NCBI GenBank assembly: GCA_964106645.2
Contig: OZ067044.1
Length of the DNA stretch: 64,000 nucleotides
Reading direction: 5' to 3' (one strand)
Origin: Podarcis pityusensis
Taxonomy: Eukaryota
A model generated the notes under the pieces. It was not told the DNA's origin. It was given only the letters and a program-made list of their open reading frames with translations, and did not search any database. Made by a program: the position numbers and the translations under genes. This document shows positions 25,669-38,092 of the stretch, in pieces; positions within the stretch are counted from its first letter, which is position 1; every line of letters begins with the position of its first letter.

Positions 25669-26616
25669 AACAATAACATGCACATTTTTACTTATGTCTT
25701 ATCAATATGGCTTCAATTTCACTTGGATCCCAGATGCAATTTCAAAACATTTCCAGTAATTTTTACCTACTCATAAATCTCACACTCACCACTGCTTCTT
25801 TCTGTGTTACACAAATAGCCTTTCTAAGATATCAGAATAATATTATCCGAAGGCAAATGATTTCCCACCCCAAATCAAAATATTTGTTCCAATGAAACAA
25901 GTGCAAAAATTCAAATGTTTTCTTCTTCTTTTCGATGTTCAATGGCACTCAAACATTTCATTTATCTACTGCTCTCCTTATGCAGGAAAAGGCTGTACTA
26001 GGTGGTGGTGGCTTGTTTGCAGGCTGCTAGTTCAAGAGCCTGGGAGACACACCTATGTTGACTATGATTTTTTAAAAATTGCTTCAGTGTGGTTCACTTT
26101 GCAACAAAAGCAAGGAAGCTCCTGGAAGCCTTCCTGATGGAAATAGGTCACCTCAAGTCATTTTGCACAGGCCACAGCTTGGGCAATGCAATGCCATCAA
26201 GCCAACATTTCAGTAGGGTGCTCCTGAGGATATGGGTCCATTACTCAAGAGACTAACTTTAATCATGTTAACTGAAGAGTGACTACTGCTCTCCACAAAG
26301 GACAAACCTGGACCTGCCCCCATCCTGCTATGAACTACAGAGATACACTTGGTATAGGAAAGGAAAGGCTGTTCAGAGATGTCACCTTCATACATTCAAT
26401 CAATTTTGGAATTTGCTATGAAGCTTTTGTCCAGAAAGAAATAAAACCAGGCTTCTGAGGGCCCAGTTTGCAATAAGGTGGATTTTGAGAAGGGAGCAGA
26501 AGAACATATTGCTTCAAAGGAAGTGGGGGTGTCTTTCCTTGGAGGAGACCCAAGTGAGTGATGGACTGCCTCTACTTTACTGCAATGGCTAATTGTTATC
26601 TTCTAGATTTAGTTAA

Positions 26617-26969
26617 GGGACGCGGGTGGCGCTGTGGGTTAAACCACAGAGCCTAGGACTTGCCGATCAGAAGGTCAGCTGTTCGAATCCCCGCAACGGG
26701 GTGAGCTCCCGTTGCTCGGTCCCAGCTCCTGCCATCCTAGCAGTTCGAAAGCACGTCAAAGTGTAAGTAGATAAATAGGTACCGCTCCTGCGGGAAGGTA
26801 AACGGCGTTTCCATGCGCTGCTCTGGTTTCGCCAGAAGCGGCTTAGTCATGCTGCCCACATGACCCGGAAGCTGTACGCCTCCTCCCTCGGCCAAAAAAG
26901 CGAGATGAGCGGCGCAACCCCAATGTCATCCGTGACTGGACCTGATGGTCAGGGATCCCTTTACCTTTA
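26617..26969 (+). mobile_element. Full-length Sauria SINE
   Basis: GGGACGCGGGTGGCGCTG head, GTTCGAATCC B-box and ACCTTT tail. Perfect 14-bp TSD CTAGATTTAGTTAA (26603-26616 / 26970-26983). Confidence 0.95.
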
Positions 26970-27384
26970 CTAGATTTAGTTAAAAATTTAAAAGCAGTAG
27001 TGATGCAGGTATATTCCTGGGCTATCTTGCTCAGAGTGAGGAAGTTCACCTTCCTCATAGGGAGGCATGGTGATGGGGTGGTTGCTCCAGAAAGCCCAAC
27101 AAGAGCCAGGTTGGTGGGGGGTGGCATAGGCAGTGAGACAAGTGTACAAGTTGGCAGTACTAATCTGGCTTTCATTTGGCTGACACAGTACATTTGTTTA
27201 TTCACGTCAAATGAATTCATTCAGCCATAATTTACTACCATTATTTCTCTACTCACAATCTGAGATATAGAGATTATGTGAGGGATTACCTTGGGCATTC
27301 AGAAGCAGGGGGAAATAATACTGAGTTACTATTAAAATGTTTGTGAAGCACTTTTCATTTTTAAAATGAACTAGAAACATAAAA

Positions 27385-27741
27385 TGGGATGCGGGTGGTG
27401 ATGTGGTCTAAACCACAGAGCCTAGGGCTTGCCTAGGTTGGAATCCCCGCGACGAGGTGAGCTCCCGTTGCTCGGTCCCTGCTCCTGCCCACCTCGCAAT
27501 TTGAAAGCACATCAACGTGCAAGTAGATAAATAGGTACTGCTCCGGTGAGAAGCATTGCTCTGGTTTCCTTGCATTGCTCTGGTTTGCCAGAAGCGGCTT
27601 AGTCATATTGGCCACATGACCCAGAAAAACTGTCTGTGGACAAACGTTGGCTCCCTTGGCCAGTAAAGCGAGATGACAGCTCAACCCCAGAGTCATTCGC
27701 GACTGGACATAACTGTCAGGGGTCCTTTACCTTTACCTTTT
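27385..27741 (+). mobile_element. Sauria SINE, second subfamily, short internal deletion in head
   Basis: Same body with the variant segment ctgtctg(t/c)ggacaaa. 13-bp TSD TAGAAACATAAAA (27372-27384 / 27742-27754). Confidence 0.93.
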
Positions 27742-28448
27742 TAGAAACATAAAAGGACTGTTAAAGCAGGTTCAACCTTTGGTGAATCATTTCAGGTTAA
27801 TATCATCTTAGGTATTTCCTGAAACATTCTTATTATTCTAAAATTAAACCATGCGCTTGGAACCCTTCCCTCTCATTTTCACTGTATTAAAGCAGAACAA
27901 AATACAGCTTTCTGAGAGAATGTCTCTCTGCCTGTTGGCCTCTCTCCCTCTCACCCCTCACCCTCTCTCATCCCACTCCCTCTGTCTCTCAAACACATTT
28001 TTCTTTAAAGGTATGAAGTGGAAGAACAGAGGGTCTTCAGTAAACTGAAGTAATGATAAACTAGATATAGGTTAGATGGCATACATAGCATTTTCCTTAT
28101 ACCATATCCACAGCCAATCAATGTGAGGAGGCAATGAAGCAAGATCATACTCATCCACACAATTTCAGTTGAAGATCTGAATACTTACAAATATATGCAC
28201 CCAGGCCTGTACACATACCAATAGTGCAAGATTTCTGATGACAAAGAAAAGGCCTATTTGAGAACTCCTGTATGACAGGTTCTGTACTGACCTTCAGCTT
28301 CAAGTACGCCTGTGAGGTTCTAGCAGTGGGAGAAGCTCCCCATCTTCATGTGAAGTGAATATTTATATGAAAAACTGAGATAAATCAGCTTAAAATATAT
28401 TAGGGAATGCTTAAAATGTTAATCAGGTTAAGCTGAAAATAAACTCAC

Positions 28449-30851
28449 CATAACAGCTTCATCCACCTCAGAATTTAGCATATTGCCTCCACTGGCAGTC
28501 CAAGCCACATTAGACTTATCTGTGGTTTGAACATTGGGTGTTGGAAAGGTGAACTCCTGTACCCTGGACTCAGAAGATAAACATAGCTGATAGGAATACG
28601 GCAATGTTCCTTCTTCATAGTTTGGTGGGAAAATGACCGTGTTGTTTGAATGGGGAACAGGAGCAAAACACTGCAGGAATTTGGGGTTCCCTGATCGCCG
28701 AATCTTCATGAGAACCGCCAGAATCACTGTCAGGAGGAATAAGAATGAAATCAAAGCTAAGGCCAGCACCAAGAAGAACTGTAGATCCGATTGATACTCT
28801 GAGTCACTGGGCTGGTGGCTAATTTCCGGAAGTGCCTCCTGGAAGTTCTCAGCAAACACCAGGTTGAGACTCACGGTAGCGGATAGTGGCGGCTGCCCAT
28901 TATCCTTGACTAAGATGACGAGCTTCTGCTTCACAGCATCTCTTTCCAGAAAAGCCCGTGAGGTCCTGATCTCCCCAGTATGGGAACCAATTGAGAACAG
29001 CCCAGGTTCTGTTGCCTGGAGCAGATAGTAGGAGAGCCAAGCGTTGTGTCCAGAGTCAGCATCCACAGCCACCACCTTGGTCACCAGATAACCCTCCTCT
29101 GCTGAGCGAGGCACCATCTCAAACAAGGAGGAGCCCTCTACTCCTTGAGAAGGGTAAAGAATCTGAGGGCTTTGGTCATTCTGGTCCAGAATACACACTC
29201 TCACGGTGGCATTGCTGCTGAGGCGGGGGGAGCCTCCATCTTCGGCCCTCACCTCCACTTGAAACTCCCTGACTTGCTCATAGTCAAAGGAGCGCTGAGC
29301 ATAGATAGTGCCAGTCTCGGAATTAATGGAGAGGAAGGATGAGAGAGGCAGCCCCTCAGTGATGCTGTTGCGAATGGAGTAGGTGATTTGAGCATTCTGG
29401 TCCACATCTGGGTCGGAGGCTTTGACTCTGAAAATGGAGGAGCCTGAAGGGTTGTTCTCTGGGACATAGGCAGTATAATAGGGTTTCTCAAAGGCAGGGC
29501 AGTTGTCATTGATGTCAGAGATCTGCAGTGTGATGGTTTTGTATGTGGAAAGAGGGGGGTTGCCTTTGTCTGTGGCTGTGACTGTGATATTGTACTCTGG
29601 AGTTCTTTCTCTGTCCAAGGGGGCATCTGTGAGAAGCTTATAATAATTATTGGAGGCTGATACCATCTTGAATGGCAAATCATGTTGTAAATCACAAGCA
29701 ATCTTCCCATTATCTCCAGAGTCTCTATCATTTACATTGATAAGGGCTACCAGGGTTCCGACTGCAGAGTCTTCAGGGATGGGGCTGGATAAAGAGGCCA
29801 GAATCACTTCTGGCGCATTGTCATTCTCATCTAGGAGTGTTATTTCAACATTGCATTGAGCGACTAATCCTCCCCCATCTCTTCCTTCTACTGCCATTAC
29901 ATATTCTTCTATTTCCTCAAAGTCCAGAACCTCCTTAAGTGTTATTGTCCCTTCATGTGGATCCAAGTAGAATTTCTGGTGAGCAATTTCTGGGATGTTA
30001 CTAAAACTATAGTTTATCTGGGCATTTGAACCATCATCTCTATCTGTGGCTTTCACGTGGACCACTGAAGACCCTTTGGGGGCATTTTCTTTCAGCTTGA
30101 CTGTGTATACTTTTTGAGTGAAGACTGGTGGGTTGTCATTTGCATCAATGACGGTGATCCATATTTTGGCTGTTCCAGTTTTGGCAGGCTTCCCTCCATC
30201 CAGCGCCGTAAGGGTTAATTGGAAACTACTTTCACTTTCCCGATCCAACTGCTTATTCAATATTAATTCTGCATATTTCTTTCCATCCTTTCTTTCTCTC
30301 ACTTCCAGGATAAAATACTGATTTGTGCTAAGGTGGTAATTCTTGAGAGAATTCACCCCAAGATCAGGATCTTCAGCTTGTCCAAGGAGAAACGTGGTGC
30401 CTTTTAAAGAGGATTCACTTATCTCCAGCTTGATATCCCCATTTGCAAAATATGGTGCATTATCATTTATGTCTTGGATCTCTACAGTTATATGAAAAAT
30501 ATTCATAGGGCTGTCAACCACCACTTCAAAATTGATGGAGCAGATTGCAGTTTGCCCACATAATTCCTCTCTATCAATCCTCTCCCTTACATACAAATTC
30601 CCATTTTCTGCACTGAGAGTGAAATATTGCTTTTTACCTAGGGAAAGGATATGCAGATTGCCATTTCCCATTTCTCCATTATTCAGTCTCAGGTCTTTGG
30701 CCAGGTTTCCTACAATGGATCCCTTTTCCATTTCCTCAGGGATGGAATAATGAATGTGCTCTGAGGCAATCTGACCACACAGAGAGAATAGTAAGAGGAG
30801 AGGTACTTGCCTTCTTACTGATCTGCTGTTTTCCTTCTGACTATCTTCCAT
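28449..30851 (-). CDS. PCDHGB: Protocadherin gamma-B-like variable exon 6 (subfamily B1)
   Basis: ORF 28428..30851. Donor ATG|GTGAGT at 28449/28448 gives 801 codons. Confidence 0.95.
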
Positions 30852-31131
30852 TCCTCTTGCAGGGATATGTGCTTTATCCTTGTTTTCTGTGATCTGTTGA
30901 GCTGATGAGGAGTTTCACATTCCCATTAGGATGCAGAAGAGCTCAATGAGGGATGATAAATAAGGCTACTGGTTGCTGCCGGATTTCTGTATTTTGCAGT
31001 GGTTTTTGTTTCTCAGCAAAACACTTTGGAAATCCCTGTGTTCTGCTGTTTCCCAGCTCTGTGTGACTGAACAATCACATTGCAGAAGCAGCAAATCACT
31101 GGATTTTCAGCTCCACTGTGAGAACTATGTT

Positions 31132-31173
31132 GGCCAACAGCGGCACTCTGAGTCTCAGATGAGGAACTGCAAG
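31132..31173 (-). promoter_or_regulatory. CSE/CTCF-type site for exon 6 (CGCT intact)
   Basis: Identical to the exon 4 element. Confidence 0.85.
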
Positions 31174-31573
31174 AGATGTCTTAGGTCTTCAGCAAATAAC
31201 ATATAAGGGATTTCTTGCCGCTTTCTTGTATATGTGGGTGGCAAGCAAAACCCATAATGTCTTTTGTGATTTTGCAAAAGCAACAACCCAGAATGTATTT
31301 TTTATATTTTGTCATTACAACCCACAGTAACTCAAATTCTTTAGAGTATCAATAACATAGAGGAGAAGTCATCACATCTCCATCTACCTGCTTATTGTGA
31401 GAAACTTGAGATAATGTTACAAAAGGCTTCCAGGACTTGCAACAGCTTTTTTCATTTAAAGAAATATAATGTCTTCAATAAAGCTTCCTTGAGTATAGTA
31501 GAGGTATGCATTTTAAATACTTGTGATATGGTTCTACTGTAGAATAAGAATATTAATATTTCAGTTTTGTATA

Positions 31574-32036
31574 CAGGCCTCTCCCCTCCCCATTTACGTG
31601 ATATCAACCTGCACTCAACCATGTATATGCGTGGTTTTGGGAAACAATTAAATAATTCAATTCAAACCTGGAAATGCCAGAAGAGAGCTGAAATGTCCAA
31701 GTGGCTCGCAAGAAGACCCTCCCTGGAGGCCAAAGAGGACGGCAATGAGGGCAGAGGAAGCCCAGAAGAGACTAGAGACACAGCGAGGCTTTGTTTAGGC
31801 TGCTCAGCTTCCTTGTCTAACAGCTGATGTGTGGGGTAGCGCAGCAGCAGCCACTTTCCCATGCATCCTGCAGCCTCCTGCCAGCCCCATAACTTCAATT
31901 CTAGTTGTGGATACTTTTGGATACAGTAGAGCACCAAAGAGGGTGTTTGGAAGGGGGGGGGGACACTTTACGCAATTTCAGTTATGCCTGCAGGGGCCAA
32001 GAACATAACCCCTGTGTAAGTGGAGGGAGACACCTG
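31574..32036. mobile_element. Probable Tc1/mariner (Tigger-like) MITE
   Basis: Imperfect TIRs CAGGCCTCTCCCCTCCCCATTTAC ... GTAAGTGGAGGGAGACACCTG, with TA on both sides. Confidence 0.65.
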
Positions 32037-32952
32037 TACTTTTCAGAACTATTCCAGATGTTACACAGCATGAATCTTTGATTTGCTACAGATGTATGTA
32101 TGACATTCAGTTGATTTGCATGTAGAATATCTGTGACACACACTTACAGATATGTGTTTATTGACGGCTTCTTGCCAATGTTCCCCATATCTTTTTGTCA
32201 GTCAGTGACCTTTAGGGACTATGTACCTAGTTACTTTGGCATATGTATCTGCTTACTGCAACATTTATGAAGTGCTAGTGGTGAGTGAATTTAAGAAACC
32301 TGAGCTATGTTATTCTGTCAACTTCTTACCATAAGTATTTAGGTAGACTTGCTAGATGCACATGGATTAGTAACGTATTTCCAGCTACTAAGAATGCTGC
32401 AGGTTTCTAGACCTGCAGTCCTTCAGTGAGAATGAGAATAAGGTCAGGCTTAGCCTAACAGATATATCTGCCCACCAGCCTGTCCATGAACATATAACTT
32501 GTCTTCCATCCTTAGCTCTTGTTCCTTTATCTGCAGCCCATCTAGGAGACCTTCTGCCTCTGGTCCTTGCTTGCTTGATTTGGCCGAGATTTCACCAAAT
32601 TATAATTTACCACTATAGCCCTAACATGTGACATAATTATAATAGTGATTGTCTGGCACCATTTAATTTAGTTAATTAATATAAGCTTCGCTCTACAAAA
32701 AGAAAAAGAAAAAAAGTTGTTGGTATAGCAAACCTGGCTACAAAATAATCTTAGATTAAAATCAACGACAAGTGTTGCACTTTCTGAGAGCAACCTAAAA
32801 TAAAGAATACTCTACAACCTCTTAATTGCCAGTTGCTGAAAGTTATATAGCAGCTAGCGTAAGCTACATGTAAACAATTAATATTTCCATTATAGTTATG
32901 GTTAAAAATTATTGAAAATACAGCACAAATAATTTTTGAAAAGAAAATTTAC

Positions 32953-35373
32953 CTTGTCATTATTAACTTTGTCCAAATGCAAATTGCTTTCACTTCCCCC
33001 TGTGAAAGGAACATCAGATTTCTCACCACTAAGAATATTGTCTGCCATCTGAACATTGGGTGTCAGGAAGGCAAACTCATTCTTCCTGGTCTCAGAAGAC
33101 AGACACAGCTGGTAGGAATAGGGCAAAGTCCCATCTTCAAAGTTGGGTGGGAAGATGGCACCATTCTTGGAATGGGGAACAGGACCAAAGCACTGTAGGA
33201 ACCTGGGATGCCCTGATTGATGGAGCTTCATTGTAACGGCCAGAATCACGGTCAAGAGGAACAAGAAGGAGATCACAGCTAAGGCCAGCACCAAGTAGAA
33301 CTGCAGGTCCGACTGATACTCCGAGCTGCTGGGTTGGCTCTTCATTTCCGGAAGGGCCTCCTGAAAGTTCTCAGCAAACACCAGGTTCAGAGTCATGGTG
33401 GCCGAGAGAGACGGCTGCCCGTTATCCTTCACCAGAATGACCAGTCTCTGTTTCACAGCGTCTCTCTCCACAAAGGCCCTGGCTGTCCTGATCTCTCCAG
33501 TATGAGAACCAACCGTGAAGAGTGCCGGCTCAGTGGCCTGAGTCAGGTGGTAGGAGAGCCAGGCGTTGTGTCCAGAATCTGCATCCACGGCCACCACCTT
33601 GGTGACAAGATAATCTGCCTCGGCCGAACGAGGCACCATCTCAAACAAGGCTGAGCCCTTGGCTTCTTGTGAGGGGGACAGGATACGAGGGCTGTTATCA
33701 TTCCGATCGAGAACAAACACCCTGACGGTCACATTGCTGCTGAGAGGGGGAGAACCCCCATCTTGGGCCTTCACTTGCAGCCGGAACTCTCTGAATTGTT
33801 CATAGTCAAAGGATCTCTGGGCATAGATGGTGCCGGTCTCAGAATTAATGGAGATATAGGAGGAGATGGGAAGCTCCTCGATGTTGCTGTTGAGGATGGA
33901 ATATGTGATCCGTGAGTTCTGGTCCACATCAGGATCAGAGGCTTTAATGGTGAAAATGGAGGCACCTGAAGGATTGTTTTCTGGCACATAGATGTTGTAG
34001 GATGGCTTCTGAAAGGTAGGGGCATTATCATTGATATCAGCAATTAAAAGTGTGATAGATTTATGTGAGGAGAGAGGGGGAGTGCCATTGTCTGAGGCTG
34101 TTACTGAGATATTGTACTCTAGAGCTATTTCTCTGTCAAGTGGACTATCTGTCAGGAGCTTGTAGTAATTGTTAGATGAGGGAATAATTCTGAAGGGCAA
34201 ATCGTCCTGTAAATAGCAAGTGACCTTTCCATTATCTCCACTATCTTTGTCATTCAAATTGATCAGAGCTATTAAGGTACCAGGCAGAGAATCTTCAGAG
34301 ACTGGGCTAAACAAGGAAACCAGGGTTACCTCGGGGTAATTGTCATTCTCATCAATAACTCTTATTTCAACTTTACAATGTGTCTCTAACCCACCCCCAT
34401 CTTTTGCTGCAACGGTCAAAGTGTATTCTTTGGTTTCCTCAAAATCCAGTAGCCCTATAAGTAGGATTGAGCCATTCAAAGGATCTAGACTGAATTTCTT
34501 GTTGGCATTCTGTGGTATATTGCTAAAATGATACCTGATTTGGGCATTTGAACCTTCATCATTATCAGAAGCTGTAACCTGGAGCACAAGCGATCCAACT
34601 GCAACACTTTCCCTCAAACTGACCTTGTAAACCTCTTGTGTGAAAACTGGGGGGTTGTCATTGGCATCAGTAACATTAATCCATATCTGGGCAGTCCCAG
34701 TTTTTCTAGGTTCACCCCCATCCAACGCTGTGAGGATCAAGTGAAGGGTCTGTTCGGTCTCTCGATCTAATGGTTTCTGCAGCACTAAATCTGCAAATTT
34801 ATTTCCATCATAAGTCTCCTTAACATCCAAAGTCAAATATTTATTAGAGCTCAGCTGGTAATTCTGGAGCGAATTCATCCCTATGTCAGGATCTTCAGCT
34901 TTCCCAAGGAGAAATCTGGTGCCTGGCAAAGTGGATTCCACAATCTCTAAGTTGATATTAATTTTCAAAAAATGTGGAGTATTGTCATTAATATCCTGAA
35001 TTTCCACAGTTATATGGAAAACATTTAAGGGATTTTCAATCACCACCTCAAAATTAACCAGGCAGAGTGGAGTTTTGTCACATATTTCCTCTCGATCTAT
35101 TCTGTCATTTACATAGAGGTTTCCATTTTCTGCATTGATATTGAAATACTGCATTTTATTCACAGAGACAGCATGCAGATTGCGCCTTCCTAGATCTCTC
35201 GCATTCAGTCCCAAATCCTTGGCAAGATTCCCCACAATTGAACCCTTTGGCATCTCCTCAGGAATGGAATAATGAATCTGTTCTGAGGCAGCCCAGCAGG
35301 AGAAAGGCAAAAATAAGAGAAGCAGTACTTGCCTTCTGAGTGCCTTGCCATCCTCTTTCTGCCTTCTGTCCAT
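32953..35373 (-). CDS. PCDHGB: Protocadherin gamma-B-like variable exon 7 (subfamily B2)
   Basis: ORF 32902..35373. Donor AAG|GTAAAT at 32953/32952 gives 807 codons. Confidence 0.95.
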
Positions 35374-35604
35374 TGTTTTCTGACAGAATACTTTTTCAGC
35401 TTGTTTTGAACAGGTTTCTCAGCAAAATAAGAGACAAACCCGTTAGATAGAATAATCTCACTTTTTCTTAGTGTATTTACACCAGTAGTATTTTCAGCTT
35501 CTCAGCCAGACTGTTCTTCCTTTGTGCTCTGCTGTTTCCAGTATCTGTGCAGTTGCTTTGAGGTATCACAGTATAGGAAGTATCTGTGGATCTGCATCTA
35601 GACT

Positions 35605-35646
35605 GGCTAACAGTGACACTACGAGGTTTAGACGGAGAACTGCATG
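35605..35646 (-). promoter_or_regulatory. CSE/CTCF-type site for exon 7 (CACT variant)
   Basis: ATGCAGTTCTCC..CTCGTAGTGTCACTGTTAGCC. Confidence 0.78.
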
Positions 35647-36025
35647 AGACGCAGTCCCAGTTAATGTGAATGAATAGAGATTTTGATTTGGATTGCATAC
35701 CAATATGAGCCATAGTTTATTTTAAGTTAACTGAACAAGGCACCCCCTGAAGTGTGACCTAGTGGTTTTATTCAATATTAATTGTACAAGTGTAGAAATC
35801 TTTTGAAAATTGTTTTTGGAGTCTCTTAAACTTTGTATTTTTTCTTTCCTTTTTTAAAATACCAGTTCAATGGCGTCAGGCTGGGACAGTGTTTGTAAAT
35901 CTGTAAATTAAATAAATAAAACAAATGAACATGCCTCATAGCTCTACTGCAGCTTTCCCATGTCCTTGCAGGTGCCACACATGGCACAAAGAAGCCATTC
36001 TGTGGCATGTTGTGTTGTATGGATC

Positions 36026-36170
36026 TGGGATAGCTCAGTTAGTAGAGCATAAGACTCTTAATCTTAGGGTCATGGGTTTGAGCCCCACTTTGGGCAAAAA
36101 AATCCTGCATTGCAGGGGGTTGGACTAGATGACCCTCATGGTCCCTTCGAACTCAACAATTAAATGATTC
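36026..36170 (+). mobile_element. tRNA-Lys(CUU)-derived SINE with CR1-like tail
   Basis: A head resembling tRNA-Lys (TAGCTCAGT..GTAGAGCAT.AGACTCTTAATCT.AGGGTC.TGGGTT.GAGCCCCAC.TTGGGC) is fused to cctgcattgcagggggttggactagatgacc, the same tail as the CR1 at 55520. 8-bp TSD TATGGATC. Confidence 0.85.
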
Positions 36171-37956
36171 TATGGATCATGGTTTGCTTGTTTCACAGAA
36201 GCCATGAGTGGTAAGACAGTAAGAAGTCTAGAAGATATGTTGGCTTCACACAACAAATCTTACTATGGCTTGCTTGTGCTGCACATAGTGCCCACAGCGG
36301 CAGGAGTAAGTCATGATTTAAAACAAACTATGGCTTAGCATGATGTGCAAAGCAGCATATTATGTAGATATGTATATTTTAGGTCTGGATCAATGGGGAG
36401 CAAAACAGGTGACTGCCTAGGGCAGTTTGCAATCTAAGATACCTCCTCAACTATCTTCTGAACAGATGAAACAAATAGTACAAGATGTTTGTCACTTTAA
36501 AACCTGGCAACGTTGACCTGCGCACTCAGTATTGTATTAACATTCCTATTGTTGTTGTGTGTTTTTAATTCACATGAAAAATATATAAGATAGGTGCCCA
36601 TTCAACTAATGTTTTAGATGCAAATGATTGTGATTTCAGTCAAATCCATGCATGTGTATTTGTTGTTTTATATGAAAGCAATGAATCCTGCATCCAACCT
36701 TTGCATCAAAGTTCTGAGATGGACTACAAATGCAATAAAGATACTCAACAACTGAATAAAAGAACAAACAAGAACTGGAAGTGTAAATATGTTTCCATAG
36801 TGAAATATGAAGATGACACAATTTGATTAGAAGCAGATGAAATGAAGATTAGAAATCATAGAATAGTGTGGTAAAATAAGGACGGTATTTTTTCCCTGTT
36901 TGTATGCAAGAAGTTTCCTGCTCATATGGAAGAAGTACATATCACTGTGGAGGGCGGTACATGTGGGCACTATGTGCAGCACTTCCGTCAGACTCTTTAT
37001 TCTACACAATGTCTCCCACCAACATTTCCTAGTTGTCTAAAGTAAAGTTTTGATACACATTGGCACTGTGTATAAAACTTCCAAAAACAAATTTGGAAAC
37101 GCTTTCTCATCTTTACAGTCACATTTTTCTCTTAGAACATCTCTCCTCCACCTAAGACAACAACAAAAATATAGTAAGGGGGGGAGGGCAAATCACATTA
37201 CCCTGGTATCTCTCTAATTACAGAACTCTGATTTTATTCTGAAGACCTTTTGGTCTCACGGCACTGAATGCCGAAATGCATTGCATGATCAGATAATAAT
37301 GCTTCATAGGGCTTATAGAGCACAGAGGTAAAGAAAGACGAAGCAACTATTTTGTGAAAAGTTGTAAGATTTGAAGATAACAGCAGAGAAGCTGAACATG
37401 CCCCAGCATTGTTACTACTGCTACTGTTAATGCACAATTAGATGACACAGGCGCCAACGAAAAGCAGCAGTCCCCCCGCCAAATATAGTTTGTGGGTGCC
37501 AGACTCCCCTAAATTCCTGGACCCAACACAGGTTAAAATGTAAGACAGGTGAGCTTCCTTATGAAGTAATCACCTGGGAGATGAGCCATTAAGAGAGAAC
37601 AAAGGAACGACAATGGGCCATTAAGAAAGCAAAAGCTCTGGGCCAGACGGCAATTGGGTGGGCACCTCCCCTCCCTCAACTCAGATTTAGAAGACAAGGC
37701 CAGAGTTTTACAGTAGAGTTTAGGATTGGAGTGGAATGAAACAAGGCAGGACTATTGCATGGGAGGCTGGTGTGCATCTTCCCTATTCCATCTAGTTTTG
37801 ATAGTCTTAAAAAAATTAAAAACCACCTCCTCAGTCAGTGTTCAAAATCTGAAAGGAAAGGGGGCCCTTAATTAATCACATGTCACCACTCCTTCACTCC
37901 CAGAAAAATTAGTCAGATAACACCCACACCCATAGAACTAAAACAGTACTAACAGA

Positions 37957-38092
37957 ATATCTGAAGAAGTGTGTGCATGCACACAAAAGCTCATACTAAT
38001 AACAAACTTAGTTGGTCTCTAAGGTGCTACTGGAAGGATTTTTTTATTTTGTTTTGACTACGGTAGACCAACATGGCTACCTAACTGTAACT
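37957..38092 (+). mobile_element. Penelope-like element terminal-repeat fragment with degenerate hammerhead ribozyme motif
   Basis: A 136-bp insert between 12-bp direct repeats AGTACTAACAGA (37945-37956 / 38093-38104). It begins TAT-CTGAAGA-[GTGTGC AT GCACAC]-AAAA-GC-TC-ATA. Confidence 0.75.

Noticed and set aside
36026-36096. tRNA-Lys gene
   Set aside because: The B-box and acceptor stem are mutated, it is fused to a CR1 tail and it is flanked by a TSD, so it is a SINE.
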